A model generated the notes under the pieces. That model made no database searches and had not been told where the DNA came from. It saw only the letters and a list, made by a program, of their open reading frames with translations. A stretch of 64,000 nucleotides of DNA from Rhizophagus irregularis (Eukaryota). The first letter of the stretch is position 1; each line of letters opens with the position of its first letter. The stretch is taken from contig NC_089429.1 in NCBI RefSeq assembly GCF_026210795.1, forward strand, positions 62,001-126,000. Direction: 5' to 3'. Below, one piece after another: positions 37,781-50,500 of the stretch. The translations under genes were made by a program, and so were the position numbers.

Positions 37781-38422
37781 AGTTTTATCCTTTTCCGATC
37801 ACTGGCTGACAAGTTATTCAACAAAATGTTAAACATCGGCATTATAATATTTCTTGATTTACGTTTACTGCACCATTTAACATTTTGCTAGATTTCTCGG
37901 TACCTAGTGATTGTAAAAAGACGATTTATAGCTCGTTGGAATCGCCTCATCGAGACGAATCGAATGGTGGTAAGCTCATCTCTCTGTGATCAATATTGAT
38001 GGAGTTATTACTTAAAAACAATTTAATATTTTTTAATTTCGGAAATTGATCTAGTGATTGGATTTTGATGTATTTTATACCATTAGATTCGTCTCATCAA
38101 GACGAATCGAATGGTAGTAAGATCGTCTTTCTAGGATCAATATTGACAGAGTTATTACACAAAAACCATTAATATTTTTTTAATTTCAGAAATTAATATA
38201 GTGATTGGATTTCGACGTATTTTATACCATTAGAACCGTCTCATCAAGACGAATCGAATGGCGGTAAGATCATCTCTCCACGATTAATATTGGCAAAGTT
38301 ACAATACAATAAAGTTTTAAGTATAATTCTGGCTAAAATTATGTTAATTTTTGGCCGGAATTATGATATACAAATATAAGAAATTTTTTATATAGTCACA
38401 TCTCTTTATAATCACCAAATAT

Positions 38423-39426
38423 ATGGGTTGGTCACCCTATCTCAGTGGTTAGTCACTGAGACCCTCATTAAGCCTGAGTATGGTGAGGTCGCAGGTTCGA
38501 TTCCCATGACCACGGAAATAAAAAAGAATTTTACTGCGGATGCTACAACCAATAGCGTGAAGGTACAGGGATTAGTGTAGTTGGACTGCATCATGGTGAA
38601 TTAGTGTGTACAGTTAGGCTGCACATTTCAACTAAGGGTCATGGTGTCCTTCTAACGTTCCCTATGAGGCCATTGGTATGTGCGCAGTCCTGTCTTTGGC
38701 GTCACTACTATACCTTGGGGGGACTTCCTGTCCAGGTGGTCACTCTACGATACCACTTGGGGTCAGTAATGGCTAGATGGTCGTCCTAGATGGTAAAGCT
38801 GAGGGTGCAATGTCTTAGTGGTAGTTTGACCTTCTGTTAGGTTTTAGACCAACCAAGGTGTTCGTGCACAGACAGATAGCTTGGTGATTGGGTTCGATTC
38901 CCTTCTCTGATGGGCCCTGGTTGGTGATTCCTGGTGGTTGATACCCACCATAAGGGATGATCCTGGGTAACACCTACAAGCTTACTGTTCAGGTGGTCAC
39001 TACAAAGTATACCACTTGGGGATTACAACTGTACTATCGGTGGTGGGTAATCGCAGGCTGTAGTGGCCTTTGAGTGAGACTTGTTACCTAATATGGTGGT
39101 ATGGAAGGGGTCTAGATGTTTGAAGGTTATCTGACGAAAGTCCTCCGTGACAGTAGTAGTGGTGAGGGGTTTATAATAGTAGCCATTACAGTATCATGCA
39201 ACGGATTAAAGGACGAGTAGGGTGGTGTTCTTCCGATTCAAAGGCCTTCGGGTCCCTGGGGTATGCCTGAATGTTGGACGGGCTGGATAAGTTGTCTTGG
39301 TTAAAAAGGTGGCCTTGATGACATCTGGTGGTTCAATGATGGCGAGGATACGAACGACCTACCTCCATAACCTTCAATAGAGGGTGCGGAAAGTAGTGGC
39401 CACTAAACGTACAATACACTTGTAAA
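38423..39426 (+). mobile_element. SINE-like element, variant B (~1.0 kb, two Pol III A/B-box modules, no long ORF)
   Basis: TCTCAGTGGTTAG (~38440) with GGTTCGATTCC (~38494); TCTTAGTGGTAG (~38813) with GGTTCGATTCC (38891); bounded by ATAATCACCAAATAT. Confidence 0.8.
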
Positions 39427-39441
39427 ATAATCACCAAATAT

Positions 39442-39542
39442 TCATGGCTTAGTGAGGATGATGCAATGAACGACCTACCTCCATAACCTTCAATAGAGGG
39501 TGCGGAAAGTAGTGGCCACTAAACGTACAATACACTTGTAAA
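39442..39542 (+). mobile_element. 101-bp array unit made of the SINE-B 3' tail
   Basis: GAACGACCTACCTCCATAACC..TACACTTGTAAA is identical to 39352-39426; flanked by the 15-mer on both sides. Confidence 0.8.
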
Positions 39543-39696
39543 ATAATCACCAAATATGAGGATCATCGCAACTCTTTCCTGAATTTTTGAAAATACTAAT
39601 AAAATTTTATTTTGAAATTTTCGTTCGAAAATTTCTAAGTGCTCGTTCAAATACTAATATTCCACAGTTGCTTTCCTCTTTACTGAGCTTTAAACT

Positions 39697-41814
39697 ATGA
39701 CTACACCTCCAGCTCCTTCTGTTATTAACCCGGATATTCCGCCGCCACTGTGTCCTGTTGTTTCTACTCCCTCTGGAGACCGACCTTTATTTCCCACTAA
39801 TACCGCTGGCACGCCTAACAAACGTTCACGCGTTGTCTCTGATGACGCTATGAATGTTGATATAACTTCACCTTCTGCTTCGACTCCCAACCTTATTTCT
39901 ACCGCTCCCTCAGGTCTTCCTGTCAACAAAGTCCAAGTGATTACCTCTTCTCGTAATACTACTACCCCTGTTGAAACTGTTGACGCTTCCATCCATGCTC
40001 CCTCCAACACTGATGGCAAAGGCAAAGCTGTTGCTTTTGATATCCCAGAACGACGACCATCTCCCGATGGTAATGCTGCTGCTATCAAATCCGCACCCTC
40101 TCGTTATCATGCTGCGGCCTATCTACGTGACGCACCTTACGCGTTTACAGCTAAATTCACCACCAATCGCTCTATGTGTGACGAAGTGGATTGTTCACTC
40201 TCCCGTTATCCCTCTTATGGTGCCCGTGCACGTTGCGACGGATCAGGCAATAACAAAAAGATCCTTGTCTTCTTCAATGATCAGCATGACTATACCGATT
40301 GTGTCAGTTCACCACATGCAGATCTTCTCAATTTAGCCTTTATTTATTATTCCCCTGCAGATGCCAAACTCAATGACGAAGCGAAGTCTTTGTTTGTTAC
40401 TGATATCCCACTTTTCCTAACTGAGACTCAAGTCCGTCAGGCCTTTTCCCGTTATGGCACTGTAACCAAGTGCAAACTTACTCCTCGAAAACACTATTAC
40501 AATAGACATATCCAATTTTCCTCCGCGGACGCAATTACCCAATTTAATGATATTTGGGCGATCGTTTGTCTTGGTAATTCTTTACGCGTCTGTCCGGCAT
40601 CTTATTCAAAATCCCAACGTGATAGCCGCAGAGAACATGTTGCTATCCTTGCCAGCATTCCCAAAAATATTAAAGAAACTGATCTGATAGATATTGCCAC
40701 TCAAGTTAACGCTAAGGCTCTTAACGTTCCTTTATCTATCAATTCATACAAACCTAAACCCTATGCATATTTGAATTTCTCCTCGTTCGAATCTCTTGAG
40801 GCCGCCAAAGAAATGACCGTGGCTTTCCGCGGCAAAGGTTTAACTTGGCACCCTCCTAATGAAGTTCACACTTTATGTCATGTCTGCGGACGTTCGGGTT
40901 GCTCTCCTTCTGTATGTAGCCCTCGCCCTACACGTAAAGTAGACGATCGCCTTAACAAACTTTACTCTCGCTTCAATGCTGGCCCTAGACGTGGCCGTCA
41001 GGATTCACGACAATCACGTGACAACTCTAATTCCCGTTCAAGATCACGTTCCAATTCTCGATCTCGCTATAATAATTCCTCTTCATCCCGCTCTAACAAC
41101 AGCAATAATAATTCTAACACTTCTCGTCCCAATACTCCTCGAAGTAGTAACCGGACTAACAATAATAATAATAATCCCAGAAACAATGAAAATTCCAGAC
41201 CTGCTCAACCTTCGCACAAACCTCATCCTATTATTTCTACAACACCTGCTTCTTCATCTAATGATCCTGCCCCTACGCTTCCTCAACATATTATTGATGA
41301 ATTAAAGGCGCAGATTAAAGAGATCGCTAACACCCTTCATACTCTCGAGGAAACTGTCTCTTGGATGAATGATACTATCACGTCCCATGAATATAGGCTA
41401 TCCGAACTTGAATCAGCGATGAATTATGACAACCCTGGTGACTCTGATTTGTATCCGCCTCGTGATGATTATGAAAATCAGGATCATTCTTATAATAATG
41501 GATGGGATGATGTTTCAACACATGACACAAATTCTGGATTCAACCTTCCTCCCCATACTTCCTCTTCTCTTATGGACGTTTCTCCTGATGCTTCCTTCTC
41601 AGCTTTGGATCCTAGCTCCGTCCTATCAAGACGACATGTCCCCTTACCTGTCTCCCGACCTACTAATATCACCCCCGACGCTAATACTTCCCGTTTGCAA
41701 TCAGAAATTTTTAATGTTACTAATATACAAATGAATCTTTCTGCCCAACTTGATTCAATTATGGAAAAATTGGACTTCTTCTCTCCTTCTAAACCCTCCC
41801 CTTCCAATGATTGA
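39697..41814 (+). CDS. LINE-B ORF1, 705 aa (RRM-like domains, Cys knuckle, RS/N-rich linker, coiled coil)
   Basis: SLFVTDIPLFL..FSRYGTV, YAYLNFSSFE, CHVCGRSGCSPSVC; homologous to LINE-A ORF1. Confidence 0.9.
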   Translation: MTTPPAPSVINPDIPPPLCPVVSTPSGDRPLFPTNTAGTPNKRSRVVSDDAMNVDITSPSASTPNLISTAPSGLPVNKVQVITSSRNTTTPVETVDASIHAPSNTDGKGKAVAFDIPERRPSPDGNAAAIKSAPSRYHAAAYLRDAPYAFTAKFTTNRSMCDEVDCSLSRYPSYGARARCDGSGNNKKILVFFNDQHDYTDCVSSPHADLLNLAFIYYSPADAKLNDEAKSLFVTDIPLFLTETQVRQAFSRYGTVTKCKLTPRKHYYNRHIQFSSADAITQFNDIWAIVCLGNSLRVCPASYSKSQRDSRREHVAILASIPKNIKETDLIDIATQVNAKALNVPLSINSYKPKPYAYLNFSSFESLEAAKEMTVAFRGKGLTWHPPNEVHTLCHVCGRSGCSPSVCSPRPTRKVDDRLNKLYSRFNAGPRRGRQDSRQSRDNSNSRSRSRSNSRSRYNNSSSSRSNNSNNNSNTSRPNTPRSSNRTNNNNNNPRNNENSRPAQPSHKPHPIISTTPASSSNDPAPTLPQHIIDELKAQIKEIANTLHTLEETVSWMNDTITSHEYRLSELESAMNYDNPGDSDLYPPRDDYENQDHSYNNGWDDVSTHDTNSGFNLPPHTSSSLMDVSPDASFSALDPSSVLSRRHVPLPVSRPTNITPDANTSRLQSEIFNVTNIQMNLSAQLDSIMEKLDFFSPSKPSPSND

Positions 41815-44800
41815 ACACCTATTTATATCGGATGCATCACAGGGATTTCATCCCCCTAATAGTGCGATACCTAATAATAATAGTCCTAATAATCCCTCTT
41901 CTCCTTCCTTTTCTTCCCCTCTTATTAACTTTGGACAAATCAATGTTAATGGATTATGTTCCCCGATTCGACAATTGCATTTGTTAAATTATTTCCTTCA
42001 TTCTTCTTTTGGCGTTTTATCTTTAAATGATACTCGTTTTATTTCCTCTAGTGCTAAATTTATTTATCAAAATGAACATTCCCAACATAATTTTAAGTCC
42101 TATTGGACTCCTTCCCCTTCTAATTCACGACCTCATGATGGTGTTGGTCTTTTACTTCGCCATCCTTTATATAAACATGTTCAGAAAATTGATCCTTGGA
42201 AAGGTCGTCTTTTAAAATTAGATCTTTTTTTCCATCAAACTAAAATTTCCATCATTTCTGTTTACATTCCTCCTTATCACTCTATTCATTATAAAGAACG
42301 TGATGCTATTTTTGCCCAACTTAATTTATGGCTTGATAAAGCCCGTTCTAATAATTACCATGTTGTAATACTTGGTGATCTTAATGCAGATGAAATTTCA
42401 CATTCACATCTTCCTCAACATCATTTAAAAATTGTACGATTACTTTCTTCTCGATATTTTACGGATCATCAATCCCATATCTCATCAATTTCTGGTCCTA
42501 GTCCTACCTTTTATCATCAGAATGGTTCTTCAAGACTTGATTATATTTGGTCATCCCCTGGATTTCCTGCTCCTGGTCTTTTTTCTCAAGTTGAAACTTG
42601 TCCTAAGTTGAATGATAATCAATTTACTGATCACCGTGTACTTATTACGACCTTTGATTTTAGCTCTTGTTTTGCTACTTTAGCTAAAGCTAGATTAAAA
42701 CAAAAAAGCGAACAACGCACCATCTTTCTTTACAAAAATTTGAAAGATGACACTTGGGACAAATTTTCCAATGAAGTAAATTCACGTCTTTAGTTATACT
42801 TGACCACACACCACCCTTCAGTATCTTCACTTTCAGCTCTTTCATTGGACAAACTTTGGCACACTCTTAAACGTTCTATTCTTGGTGGTGCCATTGAATT
42901 TCTACCATTTCAACATGTATCCAATACCCATCACCATAAATATCCTCCTGAGCTTACGATGCTTATTGCTATCAACAAATTCTTGGATAGATTATTGTTC
43001 AAATTGACCACGTCTCGGCCTAGTCGTCCAGCTCAAATTTCACAGATGATTAATTCTTTGTCTACACAACTAATTCTTCTGAAATCTTTTTTAAAAAATT
43101 ATACTATACCTATTTATAGTACGACACCACTTCCTGCTTTTATCAAATTTTTGCGTTCGCAAAAAGCTTTGGTCTCTGCATATCTTTCCACACAATTTCA
43201 TCAACATTGTGTAGATTCCATAGAGTATTATACTGCTCTTAGAGATGAACATTTCTCTACGTCTCCAGGCTCTTTTATTTCTTCAGCCCTATCAGTGGAA
43301 CATCGTTCTATCGTCCTTGATAGAGTTTTGGTGGTTATTGACTCCAAACCCACATTACTTACTGATCCTTTGGATATCAAGCAAGCTGCTATAAAACATT
43401 TCCAATCGGTTGTTACTCCTCCTTTGGTCCAGTATTCTTCTACAGATTCATTTCCTTCACGATGGCAACGAGCATATACTCCTCTTCCTGATATTGATTC
43501 GTCATTATTCAACTCGGTCATGTCTCCTATTCTGGAAGATGAATGGAAGAACACCCTCAATTCCATGCCTAATAACAAGGCCTCCGGTCCTTCCAAAATT
43601 TCTTATGAAATGCTCAAACATCTAACTGGCGAAGCTCTCAACTTATCCCTTGTTTTAGCTAACGCCTGCCTCATTCATGGAGACATCCCTGCTGATTGGC
43701 GTGAAGCGCTTGTTTATCCCATTTTTAAGCCTCATGAATTTGACGCCCAATTAAAGAATACGCGACCTATCACTTTGTTAGAAACCGTATGGAAATGCGT
43801 GGTTAAGTTCGTTACAACTAGACTTTCAAAAATCCTGGCTGACAATCAAGTGCTCCAAGGTGGTAATTTTGCTGGATTGCCAGGTGGTTTCACTGACATT
43901 CCTATTAAGATGCTCGATGCTATTATTCATCAACGACGCTTTGATAAAAGCGATGACCAAGAATTATGGATTGTTTCTCAGGACATTTCTAAGGCCTTTG
44001 ACTCAATTGATTTAAACATGCTTAGACTAGCTTTAATCCGTCTGCATATACCGTCTCTATTGATTAAATTTATCATCAACCTTTTTACTAGACGTAATAA
44101 TAAAATTATTACCCATCATGGTGATACTTCTGGATATAGAGTGAAAATTGGTATTGACCAGGGTGAAATTATTTCTCCATTATTATGGGTTATTTACTTG
44201 GATCCTTGCTTACTACACTTAATCGTGAAGCTTGTGATCCCTTTATTTTGAAATCTTCTGCATTATTGGATTATTCTCCAATTGAATATAAACAACATAA
44301 TCTTCCTGTTTCGCATATTACATTTATGGATGATTCTACTTTAATTGCTTCATCTAAACGAGGAATTGAAGATCGCCTTTCCATTACTGCTGAATTTTAT
44401 ACTCTAAATAATACTCAAGCAAATTCAGCAAAATATATCCTTCTTTCTTCTGAACAATTCTCTCAAACTGTAGAGTTTGATCTTTTTCCGTCTCCTTTAA
44501 TTACAACTTCTACCCTTACTTTAAAGGCTTTAGCCTTATCAACATCTTTCCGTTTTTTAGGGGTTTGGTTCTGCCTTTCGGCTTCCTCTCGCTTTGTTCA
44601 CAACCAAACTACTTCCATGGTTAAAGATATGGCTGCTTTACTTAGTCCTAAAAAGCTTTTGGCTCAACATGTGGCTTATCTTTATAATGTTGTCCTGCTT
44701 CCGAGACTAGAATTTCGCCTACAAACCACATTATTTGCAGAATCCACCATTAATCGCATGGTTTCTCCAATGCTTTCTCTTATTCGTCAAAAGGCTGGTT

Positions 44801-47285
44801 TGGCCTCAGTCACTCCTCTTTCTGCGCTTTTCACACTGTTGCCGTTCTCTATCCAGCAAGCGTTTGGTCGATTTCTATCATCTCATGTGGCTTCATGGCA
44901 AAGAGTTTTCTCTCATCCCTCATTTAAGGTTTTTGCCAATTATATGATTACCTATCTCCAAGGATTTTTGGATTGTGATGCCTGTCCCTCTACTATTGAT
45001 TTGGAACCATGGTCCCATACCTTTTCTTTACGAACACATTCTTTGTTCAATTCTTTATTGTTCTCTTCTCGCTTAAATATCACGTGGTCTTTATTGTTCC
45101 GACCTCTGAGGAAAGATTTACGTCCGGCAATTCCACTCCGGTCTATTTTACCGAACGATTTATTTACTTCCATGAATAAAGTTCGGAAGAAATTTTGCAC
45201 TCGTTTTCTTGCCCAATTGATTACACCGTGTGGCTCTCGACTTCTCCCATGGAAAGATTTACGTTTTCTTAAACGTGTCTCGAACAAAGGATCCGTGCTT
45301 GCTTGGTTTAATTATTTATTTAATCTTGTTGTTATTCCTAATTCATCTTTCTTTTTTATTTTACAAACCATTTAGAATTCCTAATTCCCATACTGTAGCT
45401 TCTATTTCTTTTATAGACATTAGTCGAAATTATTGGTTTAACCCTCAATGGGCTATTTCTTTTAATCGCAATACTAACTCTTTCTTTGTTGGCCGTGTGA
45501 TTACTACCTATCCTGCTCCACGTAACAAAGCTCTTATTTCATATTGGATTGCGTCTTCGGTTGATGATTTGCTTTCTGATTTTACTGCATGCCAAGGTTG
45601 TGCCTCTGCTCTCCCGCGATCCTCTACCTCTAAGACGTTGCTTAAACGTTGTCCTTCTGAAAAGTGCTTCTCTTATGTTCCGTTATCAAGTTTGATCCGT
45701 TATCCTACGAAACCTCGTACTTATATACATGCGGATACTCGCTCGGTTTCACTTTCTGCCTCGTTAGGCTATGCCAAATCTCTTTTATTATTTCATCTTT
45801 TTGCTCCGGATCGGTTACCTTCTACGAATAAACAAGTGCCTAGGATTTCTGATATCCAACTTCCTTCTTTGGTGTCTACACTCTATATTGATGGTTCCTT
45901 CCTTCCTCCTTCTAGTCATCCGGTATCCTCGATGGCTTATGCATGGACTGCTATAGATCCTGATGGATTTATTTTGGAATCCCACTATAATAATATTTTT
46001 TCCATTTTTCATTCTGCTCTACGCTCAGAAATTTTTGCTTTATTGCATGGATTGGACTCCCTCCCTCGAAATTCAAAGATTACTGTCACCACTGATTGTG
46101 CTCAATTACTTTCTTTATGGTCTTTGTATGTGGATGCCCTTTTATTCCCAGAATGCTTAACGAATCCAACCACTTTTTGTGGTTCTCCATTCGCACTATT
46201 ATGTTGCAAAAGAATCTGGATGTTACCTTGATCAAGGTTCCTGCTCATGCTGACGACCCTTTGAATAATCATGTGGATGCATTAGCCAAAGCCGCTCATA
46301 CTGATTCACATCTTTCTTCTTGTCCACAATTGGAATTGATGGCTCCTTGCATTTTACAATTTAATTCCTTACCTGTGGATATGAATATCCGGAAATTTAT
46401 TAGAGATATTTTTAACGCTAAAAGTCTTCTAACTCTTGCTGTATTACCAAGATTTAATTCCTATTCCTCAACTTCTGATATTGATTGGGCTTGCACCAAA
46501 TTTTGTCTCAATAACAATAAACAATTTGCCTCTCATTGGAATGGCCGTTCCGAATTTTGTGGTTTCCGTATCAAACTACTATTAGATATGCTTCCGACGC
46601 TTACAACTCTTCAGAGACGAAAGCCTCATGTTTATAATCCAAGTTGGCTTTGTCCCAATGTAACTCTTTTCCTGAGACTTTAGACCACTTGTGGACTTGT
46701 CCTTATATCTTACCAGAATTTAGCCCTTTAAATACCTTTAAAACACTTTTCTTGGCTCTTCGGACTAATTATCTTGACAAACTCCTTTCCGCGTCATCTT
46801 TAATACCATTACCGGACTCTTTTGCTGCTGCATTTATGGCTCTTGATTGTTGGGATTGTGACCCTCCTTCATTTTCTTGCCTGAGACTCGTACGAGGACT
46901 TATACCGATATCCCTTACAGAATTTCTTGGAACCTATTTTTCTTCATTTACCATATGGTCTATCTTAGATACACCTTTGCACGACTTTCATTTTGACCTT
47001 TATGTCCAAATCTGGTTGTGCCGTTCCATTTTTTTTCATCATTGGGAATTAGCTCAAGGCATTACAAAAAAAATGAAATCGTCAGCTTTTGGGCCTTCTT
47101 CTTTTCTTTGTCCTTCCTCTAACATTCCTCTTGACTCTTCGACACCTTCCTTGGCGACAGCTTCCTTGGATTCCTGGGTTTCTTGGGTTTCCTCTTCTAT
47201 AATCCGTGGGGGATCTTGGATTTCGCAGTTGGATTTTTGGCGCCGCTTAACAGTTCAGCCTCTACTTAGGATTTCTTTTTGGTAA
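41807..47285 (+). pseudogene. LINE-B copy 1 ORF2 (APE-RT-RNase H-Zn) with one in-frame stop and several frameshifts
   Basis: QINVNG, GDLN, RLDYIW, TDH; QDISKAFDS, GIDQGEIISP, FMDD; YIDGS, RSEIFAL, VPAH..NNHVD. Confidence 0.9.
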
Positions 47286-47563
47286 CGGATTGGATCTTAG
47301 GACATGCTGGATAGTTGACTCACACTGGCCTTCAAGTAAAGTTGGGGTATGCGTATTCTGTAATAGTTTAGTTTTTCTTTACTTAATTTTATTTTGTTTA
47401 GATTTCTTTACTTGTATGAATCGTGAAGCTAGTTCTTTTTATTTTTTGTTTATTTTCTATATTTGATATTTGTAATATTGTTCGATTTGTTTATTGTACT
47501 TTCGTTTAAAAATAATAATAAAAGATAATGTCATAAGACTGTTTGCTCATAATCACCAAATAT

Positions 47564-50500
47564 GAGGATCATCGCAACTCTTTCCTGAATTTTTGAAAAT
47601 ACTAATAAAATTTATTTTTGAAATTTTTGTTCAAAAATTTCTAAGTGCTCGTTCAAAATACTAATATTTCCACAGTTGCTTTCCTCTTTACTGAGCTTTA
47701 TACTATGTCTACACCTCCAGCTCCTTCTGTTATTAACCCGGATATTCCGCCACCACCACGTCCTGTTGTTTCTACCCCTCTGGAGACCGACCTTTATCTC
47801 CCACTAGTACCGCTGGCGCGCCTAACAAACGTTCACGCGTTGTCTCTGATGACGCTATGAATGTTGATATAACTTCACCCTCTTCTCCTGCTCCCAACCT
47901 TATTTCTACCGTTCCTTCTGGTCTTCCTGTCAACAAAGTCCAAGTGATCACCCCTCCTCTTAATACTACTACTCCTGTTGAAACGGTTGACGCCTCTATC
48001 CATGCTCTTCCAACACCGATGGCAAAGGCAAAGCTGTTGCCTTTGATATCCCAGAATGACGACCATTTCCCGATGGTAATGCTGCTGCTATCAAATCCGC
48101 ACCCTCTCGTTATTATGCTGCGGCCTATCTACGCGACGCGCCTGACGCGTTCAAAGCTAAATTTACCACTAATCGCTCCATGTGTAACGAAGTGGATTGT
48201 TCACTCTCCCGCTATCCCTCTTATGGTGCCCGTGCACGTTGCGACAGGTCAGGCGATAACAAAGAGATCCTTGTCTTCTTTAATAATCAGCATGACTATA
48301 CCGATTGTGTCAGTTCACCACATGCAGATCTTCTCAATTTAGCCTTTATTCATTATTCCCCTGCAGATGCCAAACTCAATGATGAAGCGAAGTCTTTGTT
48401 TGTTACTGATATCCCACTTTTCCTAACCGAGACTTAAGTCCGTCAGGCCTTTTCTCGATATGGCACTGTAATCAAGTGCAAACTTACTTCCCAAAAACAT
48501 TACTACAATAGACATATCCAGTTTTCCTCCGCGGACGTAATTACCCAATTTAATGATATTTGGACGATTATTTGCCTTGGTAATTCTTTACGCGTCTGCC
48601 CGGCGTCTTATTCGAAATCCCAACGCGATAGCCGCAGAGAACATGTTGCTATCCTTGCCGGCATTCCAAAAAATATTAAAGAAGCTGATCTAATAGAAAT
48701 TGCTACTCAAGTTAACGCTAAGGCTCTTAACGTTCCTTTATCTATCAGCTCATACAAGCCTAAACCCTATGTATATTTGAATTTCTTCTCGTTCGAATCT
48801 CTTGAGGTTGCCAAGGAAATGACCGTGGCTTTCCGCGGCAAAGGGTTAACATGGCACCCTCCCAATGAAGCACAAACTTTATGCCATGTTTGTGGGCGTC
48901 CTGGTTGTTCTCCCTTTGTATGTAATCCTCGTCCCACACGGAAAGTGGACGATCGCTTCAACAAGCTTTATTCTCGTTTCAATGCTGGACCTAGATGTGG
49001 TCGTCAGAATTCGCGCCAATCACGTGACAATTCCAACTCCTGTTCAAGATTGCGTTCCAATTCTAGATCCCGCAATAATAATTCCTCGTCATTCCGTTCC
49101 AACAACGACAATAATAATATGAACACTTCTCGTCCCAACACCTCACGCAGTAGCAACCGGCCCAATAACAATAATAATAATATTTCCAAGAACAATGAAA
49201 ATACTTCCGGTTCTGCTCAACCTCCACACAGACCTCATCCTATCAATTCTACATCTCCTACTTCTCCATCTGCCGATTCTGCTCCTACACTTCCTCAACA
49301 TGTTATTGATGAATTAAAGGCATAGATCAAAGAGATCGCTACCACCCTCCACACTCTAAAAAAAACTGTCTCTTGGATGAATGATACTATTACGGCTCAT
49401 AAATATAGGCTATCTGAGCTTGAATCAATGATGAATTATGACAACCCTGGTGACTCTGATTTGTATCCACCTCGTGATGATTATGAAAATCAAAATTATT
49501 CTTATGATAATGGATGGGATGATGCTCCAATCCATGACACGAATTCTGGATTCAATCTTCCTCCCCATACTTCCTCTTCTCTTATGAACGTTTCTCCTGA
49601 TGCTTCCTTCTCAGCTTTGGATCCTAGCTCCGTCCTATCAAGACGACATGTCCCCTTACCTGTCTCCCGACCTACTAATATCACCCCCAACGCTAACACT
49701 TCCTGTTTGCAATCAGAAATTTTTAATGTTACTAATACACAAAAGAATCTTTCTGCCCAACTTGGTTCGATTATGGAAAAATTGGACTCCTTCTCTTTTT
49801 CAAAACCCTCCCCTTCTAATGATTGAACACCAACTTATATCGGGTGTATCACAGGGATTTCACCCTCCTGATAGTGCGATACCTAATAATAATAGTCCTA
49901 ATAATCCCTCTTCTCCTTCTTTTTCTTCCCCTCTTATTAACTTTGGACAAATCAATATTAATGGATTATGTTCCCCTGTCCGACAATTGCATTTGTTAAA
50001 TTATTTCATTCATTCTTCTTTTGGCGTTTTATCTTTAAATGATACTTGTCTTACTTCCTCTAGTGCTAAATTTATTTATCAAAATGAACATTCCCAACAT
50101 AATTTTAAGTCCTATTGGGCTCCTTCCCCCTCTAATTCACGACCACATGATGGTATTGGTCTTTTACTTCGCCATCCTTTACACAAACATGTTCAGAAAA
50201 TTGATCCTTGGAATGGTCATTTATTAAAATTAGATCTTTTTTTTCATCAAACAAAAATTTCTATCATTTCTGTTTACATTCCTCCTTATCACTCTATTCA
50301 TTATAAAGAACGTGATGCTATTTTTGCCCAACTTAATTTATGGCTTGATAAAGCCCGCTCTAATAACTATCACGTAGTCATCCTTGGTGATTTTAATGCA
50401 GATGAATTTTCACATTCACATCTTCCTCAACATCATTTAAAAATTTTACGATCACTTTCTTCTCGATATTTTACGGATCATCAATCCCATATTTCCTCAA

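Larger units (their letters stand above)
34580..38422. mobile_element. pogo/Tc1-mariner-like non-autonomous DNA transposon hosting two retrotransposon arrays; right end not in the window
   Basis: TA|CAGTTAACTCCCTCTATAGTCAC start; TATAGTCAC subterminal repeats (34595-34705, 38391). Internal ~148-bp repeats with GACGAATCGAATGG at 34842, 37953, 38101 and 38248 continue across the 34876-37797 insertion. Confidence 0.7.
39558..47548 (+). mobile_element. LINE-B copy 1, full length (~8.0 kb)
   Basis: Starts GAGGATCATCGCAACTCTTTCC, ends ..AAGACTGTTTGCTC; ORF1 intact, ORF2 disrupted. Confidence 0.93.

Noticed and set aside
38425..38515. Functional tRNA gene (also at 36330-36420 on the minus strand)
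   Set aside because: Has A/B boxes but no canonical cloverleaf (over-long D-like hairpin, imperfect T stem), and is the head of a repeated ~1-kb element.
38881..38929. TTGGTGATT in SINE-B, complementary to 9 nt of its target, as an internal guide
   Set aside because: The match is short, part of it is also present in SINE-C which uses another target, and I found no equivalent match to the C target in SINE-C.
39131..39160. Hammerhead ribozyme core (CTGACGA..)
   Set aside because: I could not build stem II with a downstream GAAA, and the SINE-C counterpart does not keep the core.
35050..39230. Large inverted repeat suggesting TIRs of a giant DNA transposon or DIRS-like element
   Set aside because: The arms are two SINE copies in opposite orientation, each bounded by its own target duplication; no tyrosine recombinase or transposase lies between them.
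39352..39557. LTR-like direct repeat ahead of the first LINE
   Set aside because: No TG..CA ends, primer-binding site or integrase; the repeat is absent at the LINE 3' ends and is a duplicated SINE tail plus target.
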